Shown here piece after piece: positions 1 through 9,272 of a DNA stretch of 64,000 bases. The notes beneath the pieces were generated by a model that searched no databases, was not told the origin of the DNA, and worked only from the letters and a program-made list of their open reading frames with translations. The translations under genes were made by a program, and so were the position numbers. This DNA is from Thermoplasmata archaeon (GTDB lineage Archaea > Thermoplasmatota > Thermoplasmata > Lutacidiplasmatales > UBA184), in the NCBI GenBank assembly GCA_049285595.1, contig JBAQAF010000036.1:21910-85909 (forward strand), in the 5' to 3' direction. Every line of letters starts with the position of its first letter. Positions within the stretch are counted from its first letter, which is position 1.

Positions 1-869
1 GGTCGCAGGCCGTCGTCCTGGATGCTGACCTGCTCCGCGGCCACGACGTCCCCCATGTTCGGCGCGATCTTGCGGAGCCGCGCGGCTCCGGTGAACCGGT
101 ATCCTACCACCGGGGGGACGATCCCGGCCAGCACGCCCGCGGGAAGGACGACCGCGAGGTCGCCGCTCGGCGGAGGGACCGCCCGACGTACGTCCGCTGC
201 GTAGGTGCACCATGAGTTGATGTCGGCGGGCAGGCGCTCGGTGTCGAGGCGGCGGGAGCTCGAGTTCACCCAATACTCGCCCGGCGGAGCCCCCTCGGGG
301 CCTCCGAACGACTTCACGGCGACCTCGAAATCCACGAGCGTATGCGCGAACGACGCCTTCAGACCTGCGGAGTTCGCGATCGTCGTCTCGGAAAGGGTCG
401 CCCGCACGGAGCCAAAGCTCGGCACGACCTCCTTGCGGCCCTCGAACCCCCGGAGGAGCTCGGCGATATGAGCCTCCACCGCCCCCAACGGATCTTCCCA
501 GAGCCGGTGGTCGATGATCTCGGCCCGCTCCCCTAGGATCGGAGAGTTGCCGGGGAGCTCGACCTTCTTGGCCGGGAACTCCGAGAACCGGGCGACCGAC
601 TCGGCGTCTGCCACGGTCGCGCGGATCCCGGCCTCCGTGAGGTCGGTGGACGCCTGGAACCCCGTCCCCGTCGAACCGTTGCGAGCTCGGAGGATCCGGA
701 TACCGTATCCCTCGAGGGCGATCGGACCGCGGACCATCTCGACCGAACGGCCTCCGAGATGGATCTCGAACCGTCGGGTGCTCTCCGCGTACACTTCCCA
801 AGGGGCGGAGGCGTGGATGCGTTCCGCCACCCGGAACGCCGTGTCCACGGGACGGGACGCGGCGCTCAT
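1..869 (-). CDS. pmbA: PmbA/TldE-family protein (TldD partner); 3' end runs off the window
   Basis: Absent from the ORF track because it has no stop in the window. My minus-strand translation from ATG 869-867 reads MSAASRPVDTAFRVAERIHASAPWEVYAESTRRFEIHLGGRSVEMVRGP...SVRATLSETTIANSAGLKASFAHT... and stays open to position 1. Its ATG overlaps the tldD stop (ATGA at 866-869). Family assigned from the TldD/PmbA-like sequence and the adjacency to tldD. Confidence 0.7.
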   Translation of the reverse strand, partial: MSAASRPVDTAFRVAERIHASAPWEVYAESTRRFEIHLGGRSVEMVRGPIALEGYGIRILRARNGSTGTGFQASTDLTEAGIRATVADAESVARFSEFPAKKVELPGNSPILGERAEIIDHRLWEDPLGAVEAHIAELLRGFEGRKEVVPSFGSVRATLSETTIANSAGLKASFAHTLVDFEVAVKSFGGPEGAPPGEYWVNSSSRRLDTERLPADINSWCTYAADVRRAVPPPSGDLAVVLPAGVLAGIVPPVVGYRFTGAARLRKIAPNMGDVVAAEQVSIQDDGLR

Positions 870-2260
870 GCCGGCCCCACGACGGCGGTAGAAAGGAGCG
901 GCACCCCGCCGGTGCCGACGGGAAGGAGATAGGTCGATCCTTTCCCGCAGAATCCGGGTTCGATCGTAAGGCCGTGGTTGCGGCCCACCCCGCGGATCGC
1001 CTTCATGAAATCGAGCACCTTCCCGGAGAGCGCCATCGAGGAAACGAGACCGGTGATCTGGCCGTTCTCGATCCGATGCCCCCGCTTCACCTTGAGCTGC
1101 ATCTGGCCCCCGAGCGGGTCCTCGATCCCGCTCGTTCCACGCTCGAGCAGGATGCCGGTCTTCGCCTCCTTCACGAGCTCCTCCATCGACCAGTCTCCGG
1201 GAGCGACGTACGTGTTGGTCATCCGGACGAACGCCCGGCTCAGGAAATCGGCGCGACGGGTATTTCCGGTCGCCTTCGTTCCATACGCCGCCGCCGTCTC
1301 CCGGTCGTGCAGCGCGGCGACGAACCGTCCGTGGTCGACGAGGACGGTCTTCTGGCCGGGGTGGCCCTCGTCGTCGCAGTAGATCGACCCCCACCCCCCC
1401 GGGAACGACCCGTCGTCGGCGATCGTCAGGAATTCGGGGGCGACCTTCTCGCCCAGGATCGGCTTCAGGTACGAACGGTCGCGGACGAACTGGTCCGCCT
1501 CCGTGCCGTGGCCGAACGATTCGTGCGCGAAGAGGCCCGTAACGCTCCCATCGAGGAGGACCGCCATCTCTCCGACCGGCGCATCGGCTGCGGCGAGCAT
1601 CTCCTTCGCTCCCTTCGCGACCTGCACGGCGGTCGGTTCGGTGATGAACTCGAGGATCTCTCGACCGCCGACCCCGCCGCGGCTATCGAAATCGAACTCC
1701 GCGCGGCCGTTCTCCATCGCGATCGCGGAGAGGCCGCCCCGCACGCGGCTCACTCGCTGGAAGCAGCGCGCGCCGGCGGTATTGAGGTAGAGACGTTCGT
1801 TATCCTCCCAGCCGATACCGATCTGGGCATCGGAGACCCCGGGCACGGACATCGCCCAGCCTCGGGCGTCCTTTGCCAGGGAGAGGATCTCCTCGACCGG
1901 GACCTCGCGCATGGGGTGAGCGGTCGAGGTCGTCCATTCCTTCTTGGTCGTGGACGAGACCCCCGGGACGGGGTGGTGGCCGCCGCTCTTGGCGGCCGCC
2001 TGCTCGAGCGCGGTGACCGCCCCGCCGAGGCCACGCGCGTCGAGCGATGAGGTCGCCGCTTCCACCCAGTGCCGGCCGTCCCAGATACGGAAGATCGCTC
2101 CCCCGAGGCGCGCCTCGACGGACGGCGTGGTCGACCGGGTGTCGAGACGGAGCCCAGCCCCGGCCGCCCGCTCGGCGAGCACGTCGGCGAACGGCGCCCG
2201 CTTGCCGAGTCGACCGAGCGCGGTCGCGATCTCTCCTTCGTGGTCCCGAAGGTCGGCCAT
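866..2260 (-). CDS. tldD: TldD-family metalloprotease
   Basis: 464-aa ORF with ATG at 2260. It has the HExxxH motif (FAHESFGHGTEADQF), GNTRRADF, and the C-terminal FCGKGS region typical of TldD. Confidence 0.9.
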   Translation of the reverse strand: MADLRDHEGEIATALGRLGKRAPFADVLAERAAGAGLRLDTRSTTPSVEARLGGAIFRIWDGRHWVEAATSSLDARGLGGAVTALEQAAAKSGGHHPVPGVSSTTKKEWTTSTAHPMREVPVEEILSLAKDARGWAMSVPGVSDAQIGIGWEDNERLYLNTAGARCFQRVSRVRGGLSAIAMENGRAEFDFDSRGGVGGREILEFITEPTAVQVAKGAKEMLAAADAPVGEMAVLLDGSVTGLFAHESFGHGTEADQFVRDRSYLKPILGEKVAPEFLTIADDGSFPGGWGSIYCDDEGHPGQKTVLVDHGRFVAALHDRETAAAYGTKATGNTRRADFLSRAFVRMTNTYVAPGDWSMEELVKEAKTGILLERGTSGIEDPLGGQMQLKVKRGHRIENGQITGLVSSMALSGKVLDFMKAIRGVGRNHGLTIEPGFCGKGSTYLLPVGTGGVPLLSTAVVGPA

Positions 2261-2282
2261 CGGGCAGGGGCATCGGAGCCCC

Positions 2283-2290
2283 TCTTATAC
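2283..2290 (-). promoter_or_regulatory. TATA-like box for tldD (leaderless geometry)
   Basis: The minus strand reads cccgTATAAGAGg, centred ~27 nt upstream of ATG 2260 in otherwise GC-rich DNA. Confidence 0.45.
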
Positions 2291-2358
2291 GGGTGCCGGG
2301 CGGAGCGGCGCCCGTCCGAGGCGCTCGAACGCACCGGCACCCTCAGGGCGCGGTGCGA

Positions 2359-2372
2359 GCCGCTATAGCGGC
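2359..2372 (+). promoter_or_regulatory. Palindromic TATA-like element GCCGCTATAGCGGC upstream of the VOC gene
   Basis: Perfect 14-bp palindrome. Its CTATAG core lies ~26 nt upstream of the in-frame GTG at 2392. Confidence 0.4.
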
Positions 2373-2391
2373 CCGCGAGTCTCGGACGCCT

Positions 2392-2829
2392 GTGCCGGCG
2401 AAGACGGCGACCCGGGATTTCGGCCTCATCGGGTTCGATCACGTAGACCTGCGTGTGAAGGATCGCGCGAAGGCACGACGGTTCTTCATCGAGCAGCTCG
2501 GCATGGACGTGATCGGCGAGGGGGCCGACCACACCTACCTGCTGTTCGGCGACCAGGTCCTCGGCCTGAAGGACTCGAAGGATGGGGAGGTACTCTCGGG
2601 GATCGATCGGATCGCGATCCGCGTCAGCGATTGGACCGGGCTCCGTAGCCGGGTCAGCCGGGCCCGAGTGACGATCATCGGGGAGAAGGAGCGGGAGGAT
2701 TCTCGTTCGCTGTTCCTTCGGGGTCCCGAAGGGCTGCGGATCGAGCTGATCTGGAGACCCGACCCGCACACCCACCTCTGCCGCCACCCGCCGCCGCCCG
2801 CGCCCCCGGCGGAGCCCGACGAGGAGTGA
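2392..2829 (+). CDS. VOC/glyoxalase-family protein
   Basis: C-terminal part of ORF 2047..2829: FGLIGFDHVDLRVKDRAKARRFFIEQLGMDV...IDRIAIRVSD...GLRIELI. The start is trimmed to GTG 2392 because the upstream part is R/P/A-rich and overlaps tldD. The start remains uncertain. Confidence 0.7.
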   Translation: MPAKTATRDFGLIGFDHVDLRVKDRAKARRFFIEQLGMDVIGEGADHTYLLFGDQVLGLKDSKDGEVLSGIDRIAIRVSDWTGLRSRVSRARVTIIGEKEREDSRSLFLRGPEGLRIELIWRPDPHTHLCRHPPPPAPPAEPDEE

Positions 2830-2842
2830 TCGTTCCGCGCCC

Positions 2843-3805
2843 TCAGCGCCGCCGCACGCGCGGGGTGGTGGCGGCGGGCGCCAGCTGCCGCACCGGGGTG
2901 AGCCAGTTCTCGTACTGCGGCGCCTCGCCTCGGACCGCCTTCGCGAAGACGCCCATGATCTCGCGGGTCACGGGGCCGGGAACCGGCGGACCGAACGAAT
3001 AGACGCCGATCTGCTTGATCGGGGCGAGCTCGGCGTACGTCCCGGAGAAGAACGCCTCGTCGGCGCTCAGAAGCTCGTTGACCGAGAGCAGCTTCTCGAC
3101 GGTCTCGTAGCCCAGGTCGGTCGCGATCTTGATCACCGAGTTGCGGGTCACCCCGAGGAGAATGTCCGACTCGAGACCCGGGGTGTACACCTTCTCGCCG
3201 CGGACGACGAAGATGTTCTCTCCGGTTCCCTCGGCGACATAGCCGTTCGAGTCGAGCAGGATCGCCTCATCGTAGCCGTCCTGCATCGCATCGAGACCGG
3301 CGAGGTAGCTGTTCACGTAGTTGCCCGACGCCTTGGCGAACGACGGGTTCGCGTCCGAGTGGGGCTTTCGAATGTGGGAGATCTTGGCTCGGACTCCGGC
3401 TTCCGACGCGTCCCCGAGATACTTCTTGGCGGGAATCGCGGCGATGGCGAGCGAGACCTTGCCCTTACGGTTCTTGACCCCGAGCGCCGGCTCGCCGCGG
3501 TAGACGAGGGGGCGGATGTACGACGGCACGATGTCGTTCGCTGCCTGGGTATCGACGATCGCGCGGGCGATCTCCTCCGCGGTGTACGGGATCGGCATCA
3601 GGTAGATCCGGGCCGAGGCGACGAGCCGCTCGACATGCTCTCGGAGGCGGAAGATCGCGGCCCCCCGGGGCGTCGGGTAGGCGCGGATCCCTTCGAAGAC
3701 GCCGACTCCGTAGTGAAGGGTGTGGTTCAGGACGTGTACCTTGGCGTCCGCGAAGTCGACGAGCCGGCCGTCCATCCAGACCTTCTTTCCTTCCGCCGCC
3801 ATCAT
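2843..3805 (-). CDS. ilvE: Branched-chain amino acid aminotransferase
   Basis: MMAAEGKKVWMDGRLVDFADAKVHVLNHTLHYGVGVFEGIRAY...EGTGENIFVV...GVTR. The track start at 3886 is a TTG, so I trimmed it to the ATG ATG at 3805. Confidence 0.9.
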   Translation of the reverse strand: MMAAEGKKVWMDGRLVDFADAKVHVLNHTLHYGVGVFEGIRAYPTPRGAAIFRLREHVERLVASARIYLMPIPYTAEEIARAIVDTQAANDIVPSYIRPLVYRGEPALGVKNRKGKVSLAIAAIPAKKYLGDASEAGVRAKISHIRKPHSDANPSFAKASGNYVNSYLAGLDAMQDGYDEAILLDSNGYVAEGTGENIFVVRGEKVYTPGLESDILLGVTRNSVIKIATDLGYETVEKLLSVNELLSADEAFFSGTYAELAPIKQIGVYSFGPPVPGPVTREIMGVFAKAVRGEAPQYENWLTPVRQLAPAATTPRVRRR

Positions 3806-4043
3806 AGTACAGGTACCTCTGACGGAGATCGGCGACCTCCTCGCGTTCCCATGGGGGTCCTTCGTAAAAGGCCTATCCCGGGTCAAACGCGGCAGATGAC
3901 GAGCGATTCGTCCTCCAAGTGGTCGATCTGAGAAGTACGCTTAACCCGGTTTCACCGGCTGTCCAATTCGACGAGCTAGTTCGACGATCACGGGAGAAAG
4001 GAAGGAAAGGGTTAGTCTTGCGAGACCGGGTGTCCCGACTTCT

Positions 4044-6680
4044 CTAGCTGGCCCCCGGAGGCGGGGTCGGTGGGGAGCCTCCCGTGGCGGGTGGAGGGGC
4101 CGGAGCGCTACTGCCGGGCGCGGTCGAGGCGCCCTGGTTCCAGGCGGTGGGCGAGCTGCTCGTTGGCTTGCGGCGGCGGCGCATCATCACGGCCGCGAGG
4201 GCGAGGATGACCAACAGGATGATGATCGCCGCGATCAGGCCGTACCCCTCCGTCGGAGGCAGCCCGAGGACGGTCGGCGCCTTCGATACCGAGATCGACA
4301 GCGTCTTCGTGACGGTTCCGCCGACCGCATCGGTGATCACGACGGTCGCGGTGAACGTCCCGGCGCTACTGTAGGTGTGGGACGGCGTCGCGCTGGTCGA
4401 GGTCCCGCCGTCACCGAACGTCCAGGCGTAGGTGTACGTCGGGGTTCCTCCGGTCGGGGTCGCGGTGAAGCTCACCGAGGTGGTGGTCGTTGGAGAGAGC
4501 GTGCTCGCCGAGATCGCCCCGGTCAGATCCGGGTTGATGGTGACCGAGGTGGTGGCTTCCACCGTGAACCCGAGCGAGTCGGTGACCGTTACGTCCACCG
4601 TATAGGTTCCCGTGCCCGCGTACGTGTGGCTGGCGCTCGCGCCGGTCCCCGTGTCGGAGTCTCCATAAGTCCAAGCGTACGAGGCATACGACCCTGATCC
4701 GCCCGCGGGCGTCGCGGTGAACGTCACCGCATCCCCCAGGTCCGTGGCGGCCTTGTTCGGGGCCGCGGTCGCGGTGAGCCTCGGGTCGACGGTCACGGTG
4801 AACGTCGTCTGGTTCCAGGAACCGATCGAGTCGGTGACGTTCAGGGTGACGGTGTACGTCCCGGCGGCGGCATAGGTGTGGGTGGGGTCGGCGGCCGCCG
4901 ATATCGGAGAGCCGTCCCCGAAGTTCCAGGCGTAGGTGTAGCCTCCGGTACCAAGGGTCGCCCCCGCCGTGAACGCGACCGCGGCGCCGACCTCTGTGGG
5001 GTTCTCTACCGCCGACGGCGCAAGCTCGGTCAACTGGTCCACGACGAGAGTGGTTGTGACGAAACTATAGACGTCGAAGAAGTCCCCGATCTCGGCGTAG
5101 ACGGTGTAGGTGCCCGGCTCGGTGTAGCTGAAGTTGGCGTACGCCGTGTACGCGGCGGTGGTGAAGTTAACGTCCGTCTCATCCGAAATCACGTAGTTCG
5201 GACCGGAGTCGAACAGAAGGACGGTCTCGACCGGTCCCGAACCGTCCCCCTTGAGGTTCGACACCGAGACGTTGACGACGAACTGAGTGTCTGCGGGGCT
5301 CGGAGTGATCCCGACGAACGACGGGGACGGCGGTATCTCCAGGACCCACGTGTCGTTTTCGCAGAACTGATAGCATATGCCTCCGACCAGCGCCGGCGCG
5401 ACGACCGAACTGTTGGGGTCCATCGCCCCGCCCCAACCGGCCAGAGGACCCGGAATGGACTCGAAGAAGTCCGACGCCTCCCACGTACCGTTGTAGAAGT
5501 ACCACGTGTCGTTGAGGTAGCCCCCGGGCCCATCCCCTCCGACCATCACGATCGCGTTGATTTGGCCGTCCCAGGTCATGGAGCCGAACCCACGGGCCGA
5601 GGGGTACAGATAGATGCAGCCGAGGATGTCTATGCACTCCCGCGAACTCGTGGTAATGTTCCACCATCCGGTCGAGTTCAGAATGTACGTACCGTTGGTA
5701 ACGGAACTGTTGGAGACGTCGAGACCCCCAAAGTACACCATCTCCCGACTGATGGGGTCGTACGCCATCGACGCGCCCCAGAGGAAGTCGAAGGGTCCGG
5801 CGCCGATCACTCCCCACCCCCCGTCGTCCGTCAGTTCCCAAGTGCCGGTCCAAACAATGGTGCAGTTCGCGAGGGCGCAACCGTCGACGAGGATCATCGA
5901 CTGGAGCGCGCCGTCCCACGCCATCGAGGCGAACGCGGTGCCGTTGTAGCCTACGAGAGCCGCCGGTGCTCCAACGAACTGGGTCCAGTTGAACCACTCG
6001 GTTCCGTAGAAGCCCCAGGTCGAGTTATCAACGACGTCGCCCGCGCTCACACCGCCGACCATGATGACCGCGTTGAATTGCGGATCCCATGCCATGCTCA
6101 TGCCGTAGGCGGCCGGAACGTACCCCGCGATCTCGAGCGTGACGTTGGCCCAACCGTACTGGTCGTAGACCCACGTCTGATTGCTGGGGCATTGATAGGA
6201 ACACCCGCCGAAGTAGACCATTTCTTGTAAAGCCGGGTCGTAGGCGACTGCCCCGTAGAACGCGGTGGGGCCGGTGCCGCCATAGAACTGGTCGTTGGTA
6301 TAGAACGTCTGATTGAACCAGGAGATCACCCCGGAGGCGGAAGGATTGACCTCTCGCGCCGGACGAGACGTCGAGGCGGGCGCTCGGGACGAGGCGTGAT
6401 GGGTGGTCGTCGGGAGGCCAGCGCATCGCAGCGAACCGCTCGCGGGGGAACTGCAGCGCATCGGCTCTCCGTGGGCCGGGCCGGCGCCAGTGGCGAGAGA
6501 CGCGGCCGCCTGTTGTGTCAGAGTCGTCTCCTGACTGTGAGCAGCAGGGATTGCACTCACGACGGAGGACGACGCCCCGGTTCGAGAGACGGAGAGGGCT
6601 CCCGAGTTGGCGGACAGTATCACGAGGGCGATGGCGAGTACGGCGAGGGCTACGCTACCGATTTTACCGGCGGGACGCAT
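4044..6680 (-). CDS. Large surface protein: signal/anchor, six Kelch-like blades, three PKD-like domains, C-terminal TM helix and Pro-rich tail
   Basis: 878 aa. The N-terminus is hydrophobic (VALAVLAIALVILSA). Repeated ...FGG...W blades are present (MVYFGGCSYQCPSNQTWVYD, VMVGGDGPGGYLNDTWYFYNGTW). PKD signatures are YTYAWNFGDGS, YAWTYGDSDTG and YTYAWTFGDGGTS. The C-terminus reads LIAAIIILLVILALAAVMMRRRRK plus a P-rich tail. Confidence 0.8.
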   Translation of the reverse strand: MRPAGKIGSVALAVLAIALVILSANSGALSVSRTGASSSVVSAIPAAHSQETTLTQQAAASLATGAGPAHGEPMRCSSPASGSLRCAGLPTTTHHASSRAPASTSRPAREVNPSASGVISWFNQTFYTNDQFYGGTGPTAFYGAVAYDPALQEMVYFGGCSYQCPSNQTWVYDQYGWANVTLEIAGYVPAAYGMSMAWDPQFNAVIMVGGVSAGDVVDNSTWGFYGTEWFNWTQFVGAPAALVGYNGTAFASMAWDGALQSMILVDGCALANCTIVWTGTWELTDDGGWGVIGAGPFDFLWGASMAYDPISREMVYFGGLDVSNSSVTNGTYILNSTGWWNITTSSRECIDILGCIYLYPSARGFGSMTWDGQINAIVMVGGDGPGGYLNDTWYFYNGTWEASDFFESIPGPLAGWGGAMDPNSSVVAPALVGGICYQFCENDTWVLEIPPSPSFVGITPSPADTQFVVNVSVSNLKGDGSGPVETVLLFDSGPNYVISDETDVNFTTAAYTAYANFSYTEPGTYTVYAEIGDFFDVYSFVTTTLVVDQLTELAPSAVENPTEVGAAVAFTAGATLGTGGYTYAWNFGDGSPISAAADPTHTYAAAGTYTVTLNVTDSIGSWNQTTFTVTVDPRLTATAAPNKAATDLGDAVTFTATPAGGSGSYASYAWTYGDSDTGTGASASHTYAGTGTYTVDVTVTDSLGFTVEATTSVTINPDLTGAISASTLSPTTTTSVSFTATPTGGTPTYTYAWTFGDGGTSTSATPSHTYSSAGTFTATVVITDAVGGTVTKTLSISVSKAPTVLGLPPTEGYGLIAAIIILLVILALAAVMMRRRRKPTSSSPTAWNQGASTAPGSSAPAPPPATGGSPPTPPPGAS

Positions 6681-6901
6681 ACCCGCGCGACGAAGAAACT
6701 ACTAGTTGAAGGTATTGGTACTTCCCAGAGCGACTTCTTCGGTCGGTCGACCTTCGAGCACCGTGCGTCGAGAGCTGATCCTCGAGCGACCGATCGAGGA
6801 GAACTGACTCTCTCCCGCCGTGATCGGCCGAAGCTCTTCACCGGGACCGTGAGGTGACTCTCGAGCGGATCGGATCGCTGGCTCGAGGAGCCGGGCCCAG
6901 C

Positions 6902-7057
6902 TCAGTCGAATTCCGGTTCGTCGCTCATTCGCTGAATCACGTGACGGCACGACGGGCATTGGGCCATTCGCCACTCCGCCTCCACGGGGACGGGGGTCGC
7001 ACAGCGCGGGCAGACCGTGGTGGCGCTCGACGGTGGTTCCGCGCCTCCAGATCCCAT
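6902..7057 (-). CDS. Small zinc-ribbon protein (51 aa)
   Basis: Below the ORF-track size cut-off. My translation is MGSGGAEPPSSATTVCPRCATPVPVEAEWRMAQCPSCRHVIQRMSDEPEFD*. It has CPRC...CPSC knuckles, and a GGGGAG lies 8 nt upstream of the ATG. Confidence 0.45.
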   Translation of the reverse strand: MGSGGAEPPSSATTVCPRCATPVPVEAEWRMAQCPSCRHVIQRMSDEPEFD

Positions 7058-7105
7058 GGACGTCGCTCCCCGGAGCTGCATCCCACGCAGGACGTAGTAC
7101 GTCGA

Positions 7106-7270
7106 TCACCACTTACGTAGCGCCTGGGCGACCTGCTTACGGGCTGCCCGGGTCTGGTGCGGAGGAGCGTTTCGGTCGTAGGCCGTGCACCCGCATGCGC
7201 GACAACGGCCGTCCGGGCCATGCAGCCTCTTCTGATGCAGGCAGCCGGGGGTCTCGCACTCGGTCGTCAC
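7106..7270 (-). CDS. Small Cys/His-rich protein (54 aa)
   Basis: The GTG at 7270 overlaps the stop of the upstream small ORF (GTGA). Translation: (V)TTECETPGCLHQKRLHGPDGRCRACGCTAYDRNAPPHQTRAARKQVAQALRKW*. It is the C-terminal part of track ORF 7106..7423. Confidence 0.35.
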   Translation of the reverse strand: MTTECETPGCLHQKRLHGPDGRCRACGCTAYDRNAPPHQTRAARKQVAQALRKW

Positions 7271-7494
7271 GGGTACTCGCCTCGCGCCGTGAGATTCCCC
7301 GAGGGTCCCGACGGTCCCAGCCGGTTCGTGCCGACGAGGATCGAAGAGGCCCGGCCAGGCGCCGCTGCGAGAGAGGAGACCCTTCTGGCCGTCTGGTGAT
7401 CCGGGAGGGGCTCCGGCTCGCACGTGAATTGTCGTACAACGCTTTCGGCAATGATGACCCGGGTCGCTCTCGGAGTTTTGAATCGGATACCCAT
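7267..7494 (-). CDS. Small hypothetical protein (75 aa), first gene of a possible three-gene small-protein operon
   Basis: Internal ATG of ORF 7267..7605: MGIRFKTPRATRVIIAESVVRQFTCEPEPLPDHQ.... Its stop overlaps the next gene's GTG. No family recognised. Confidence 0.3.
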   Translation of the reverse strand: MGIRFKTPRATRVIIAESVVRQFTCEPEPLPDHQTARRVSSLAAAPGRASSILVGTNRLGPSGPSGNLTARGEYP

Positions 7495-7651
7495 GGCGCC
7501 ACTCTGGTAGACGTAGAAGGGTGGTTGAACCTGATAAGGACGGCTCAGGGTCCGAATCGTTCTCTGTGCCGCGAATTCGTGGCGTTCTCCGGCATCAAGA
7601 CCCACGACCTACGCGGACTCCGCCTCCGGTCGCCCGAGTCGGCTCGAACTG

Positions 7652-8200
7652 CTAGGCGGTTTTGGGCCCCCGGCGTTTACGCGGCATCGAGATCAGCATG
7701 GACGTGTAATGCGTTCCCCCCGTATTCTCCTCGGTCAGGACCCGATATCTTCGAGCGCGCGCGGCGGCAAGCAAGGCATCGAAAGCCGACTTTGTGAGGA
7801 ATCCCCAGATTCTTGGGTCCGATAGGATGAACCATCGGATCGCCTCGCCTTCCTTTCCTGCGGGTGATGCGGTCTCGCGGAGCTCCAGCTCGAAGCCGGG
7901 AGGGGCCCAAAGGACGCGGTCTTGGACCCGGTCCGCATGGACGAACGTGACCCCCGTCTCATCAAGCTGCAGCTCCTCGACGTCGGAGAAGGTAACCTTG
8001 CGCGCCAGCCCCGTGACCAGGATGAGGAGCAGCGAGAATCCCATGAGGACGATGACGCCGATGTCGTCGCTCGCGTTCGACCGTCCCGGCGCCCAGACCG
8101 TCGTGGCGGTGAGATCGATCACCCCGAGGACGAATAGAATTCCGCCCACCATCCGCATCGAGCGAAGCAGACGAGCGCGGTTGGTGACTCGCTGATTCAT
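7652..8200 (-). CDS. Hypothetical membrane protein (2 TM + soluble domain)
   Basis: Internal ATG 8200 of ORF 7652..8623: MNQRVTNRARLLRSMRMVGGILFVLGVIDL...IGVIVLMGFSLLLILVTGL, followed by a ~110-aa soluble part. The upstream 141 codons look non-coding (S/R/P/G-rich). Confidence 0.5.
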   Translation of the reverse strand: MNQRVTNRARLLRSMRMVGGILFVLGVIDLTATTVWAPGRSNASDDIGVIVLMGFSLLLILVTGLARKVTFSDVEELQLDETGVTFVHADRVQDRVLWAPPGFELELRETASPAGKEGEAIRWFILSDPRIWGFLTKSAFDALLAAARARRYRVLTEENTGGTHYTSMLISMPRKRRGPKTA

Positions 8201-8536
8201 CCGGCGCACCTCGGGAAGGTCGAATATTGCACGGAGGTCGAATCGCTCCCCACCCGAACTCGGTGGGTTTGAAGCTCCCATAGAAACTCCGAACCTTCCG
8301 CGCCGAGCGTACTCGGATACTTGGTTCGTTCTCCTTCCAGGCTCGAGCCCATAGGAATGGCGCAGAGTAACCGCGGGGCGGATTGGAAAGCCCCATGAGC
8401 AGGCACGTCTCGAATCAGTGGATGAGACTCCAGAGACCGCCCCCTTCGAGGGTGTAACCTGGAACGGCCCGCTCGGCGGTGAGATGGCCCGCCCACCAAG
8501 AGTATTAATTCCGGATGGACGCAATTCAATCATGGA

Positions 8537-8893
8537 ATGGCCCACGGTATTGAGACTTCTCAACTGAGCAGCCGTATCGAGAGCACCCTCAATTCCGACC
8601 CGGAGCGGCCCTGGTGCGTTCATCGGCTCTACGAGGAGCTCGTGGCGGCACGGGAACCCGGGAATCGCGAGGTGCTATTGGAGGCGACCCAGCGGGCGGC
8701 AGACGCGCTTGTCGTCAACGGGAAGGCGCATCGGGAATTCGTTTCCGCGATCGGGATCGGAGTCCATTGCGAGGATGCACTTTACTGGTCGAAGAGATCC
8801 ATCAAGCGGTCGTTGGCGGATTTCGGGCCGGAGTATGAGTCTCCCACCATTCTCCGTAGGCTCGCCTCGCACTTCCAGTGCCACGGGCTCTGA
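8537..8893 (+). CDS. Hypothetical protein
   Basis: 118-aa ORF with ATG start and a balanced, protein-like composition (ERPWCVHRLYEELVAAREPGNREVLLEATQRAADAL). No family recognised. Confidence 0.45.
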   Translation: MAHGIETSQLSSRIESTLNSDPERPWCVHRLYEELVAAREPGNREVLLEATQRAADALVVNGKAHREFVSAIGIGVHCEDALYWSKRSIKRSLADFGPEYESPTILRRLASHFQCHGL

Positions 8894-9272
8894 ACAGCAC
8901 CCCGCTCGGATCGAGCTCGAAGGCGGGTTCGGTCGGTAGGGCCGGGCGTTGAGTCCGTTCTCCCGCGACGACCCTCCAGCCCCGAGACCTCGTCGAGGCG
9001 CCCTGGTTGGCCCCCAAGTATTCGACCTCCCGCACGGGGCGACTCTGTGAACGTCGTCGCAGCCTCTCAGTCCAGGTGCCGGTGTTCGGTGAACCTCCTA
9101 GACCTCTCCGAGCGAGAAACTAGCTTCAAGAGCAAGGAATCCGTCGCCCAGAGCGGTCGACTGTGGAGTCATCACCTCGACACGTCGAACTGGCCTCAGT
9201 CGAAGTAGTTGGCTACGCGGAGGCTTTCCAACATCAGATCGACCGAACCGGAACAGTTGACCAAGAGGCGCG

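Noticed and set aside
4044-4260. PGF-CTERM/archaeosortase sorting signals on the surface proteins
   Set aside because: No PGF (or similar) tripeptide precedes the C-terminal helices. The post-helix tails are 30-50 aa, much longer than the short basic tails of sortase-type signals.
8201-8623. N-terminal 141 codons of ORF 7652..8623
   Set aside because: The translation is S/R/P/G-rich and featureless, while a sensible membrane protein begins at ATG 8200. The region more likely holds the divergent promoters for 7652..8200 and 8537..8893. It contains GGTCGAAT twice (about 8218 and 8236), which I judged too short to call.
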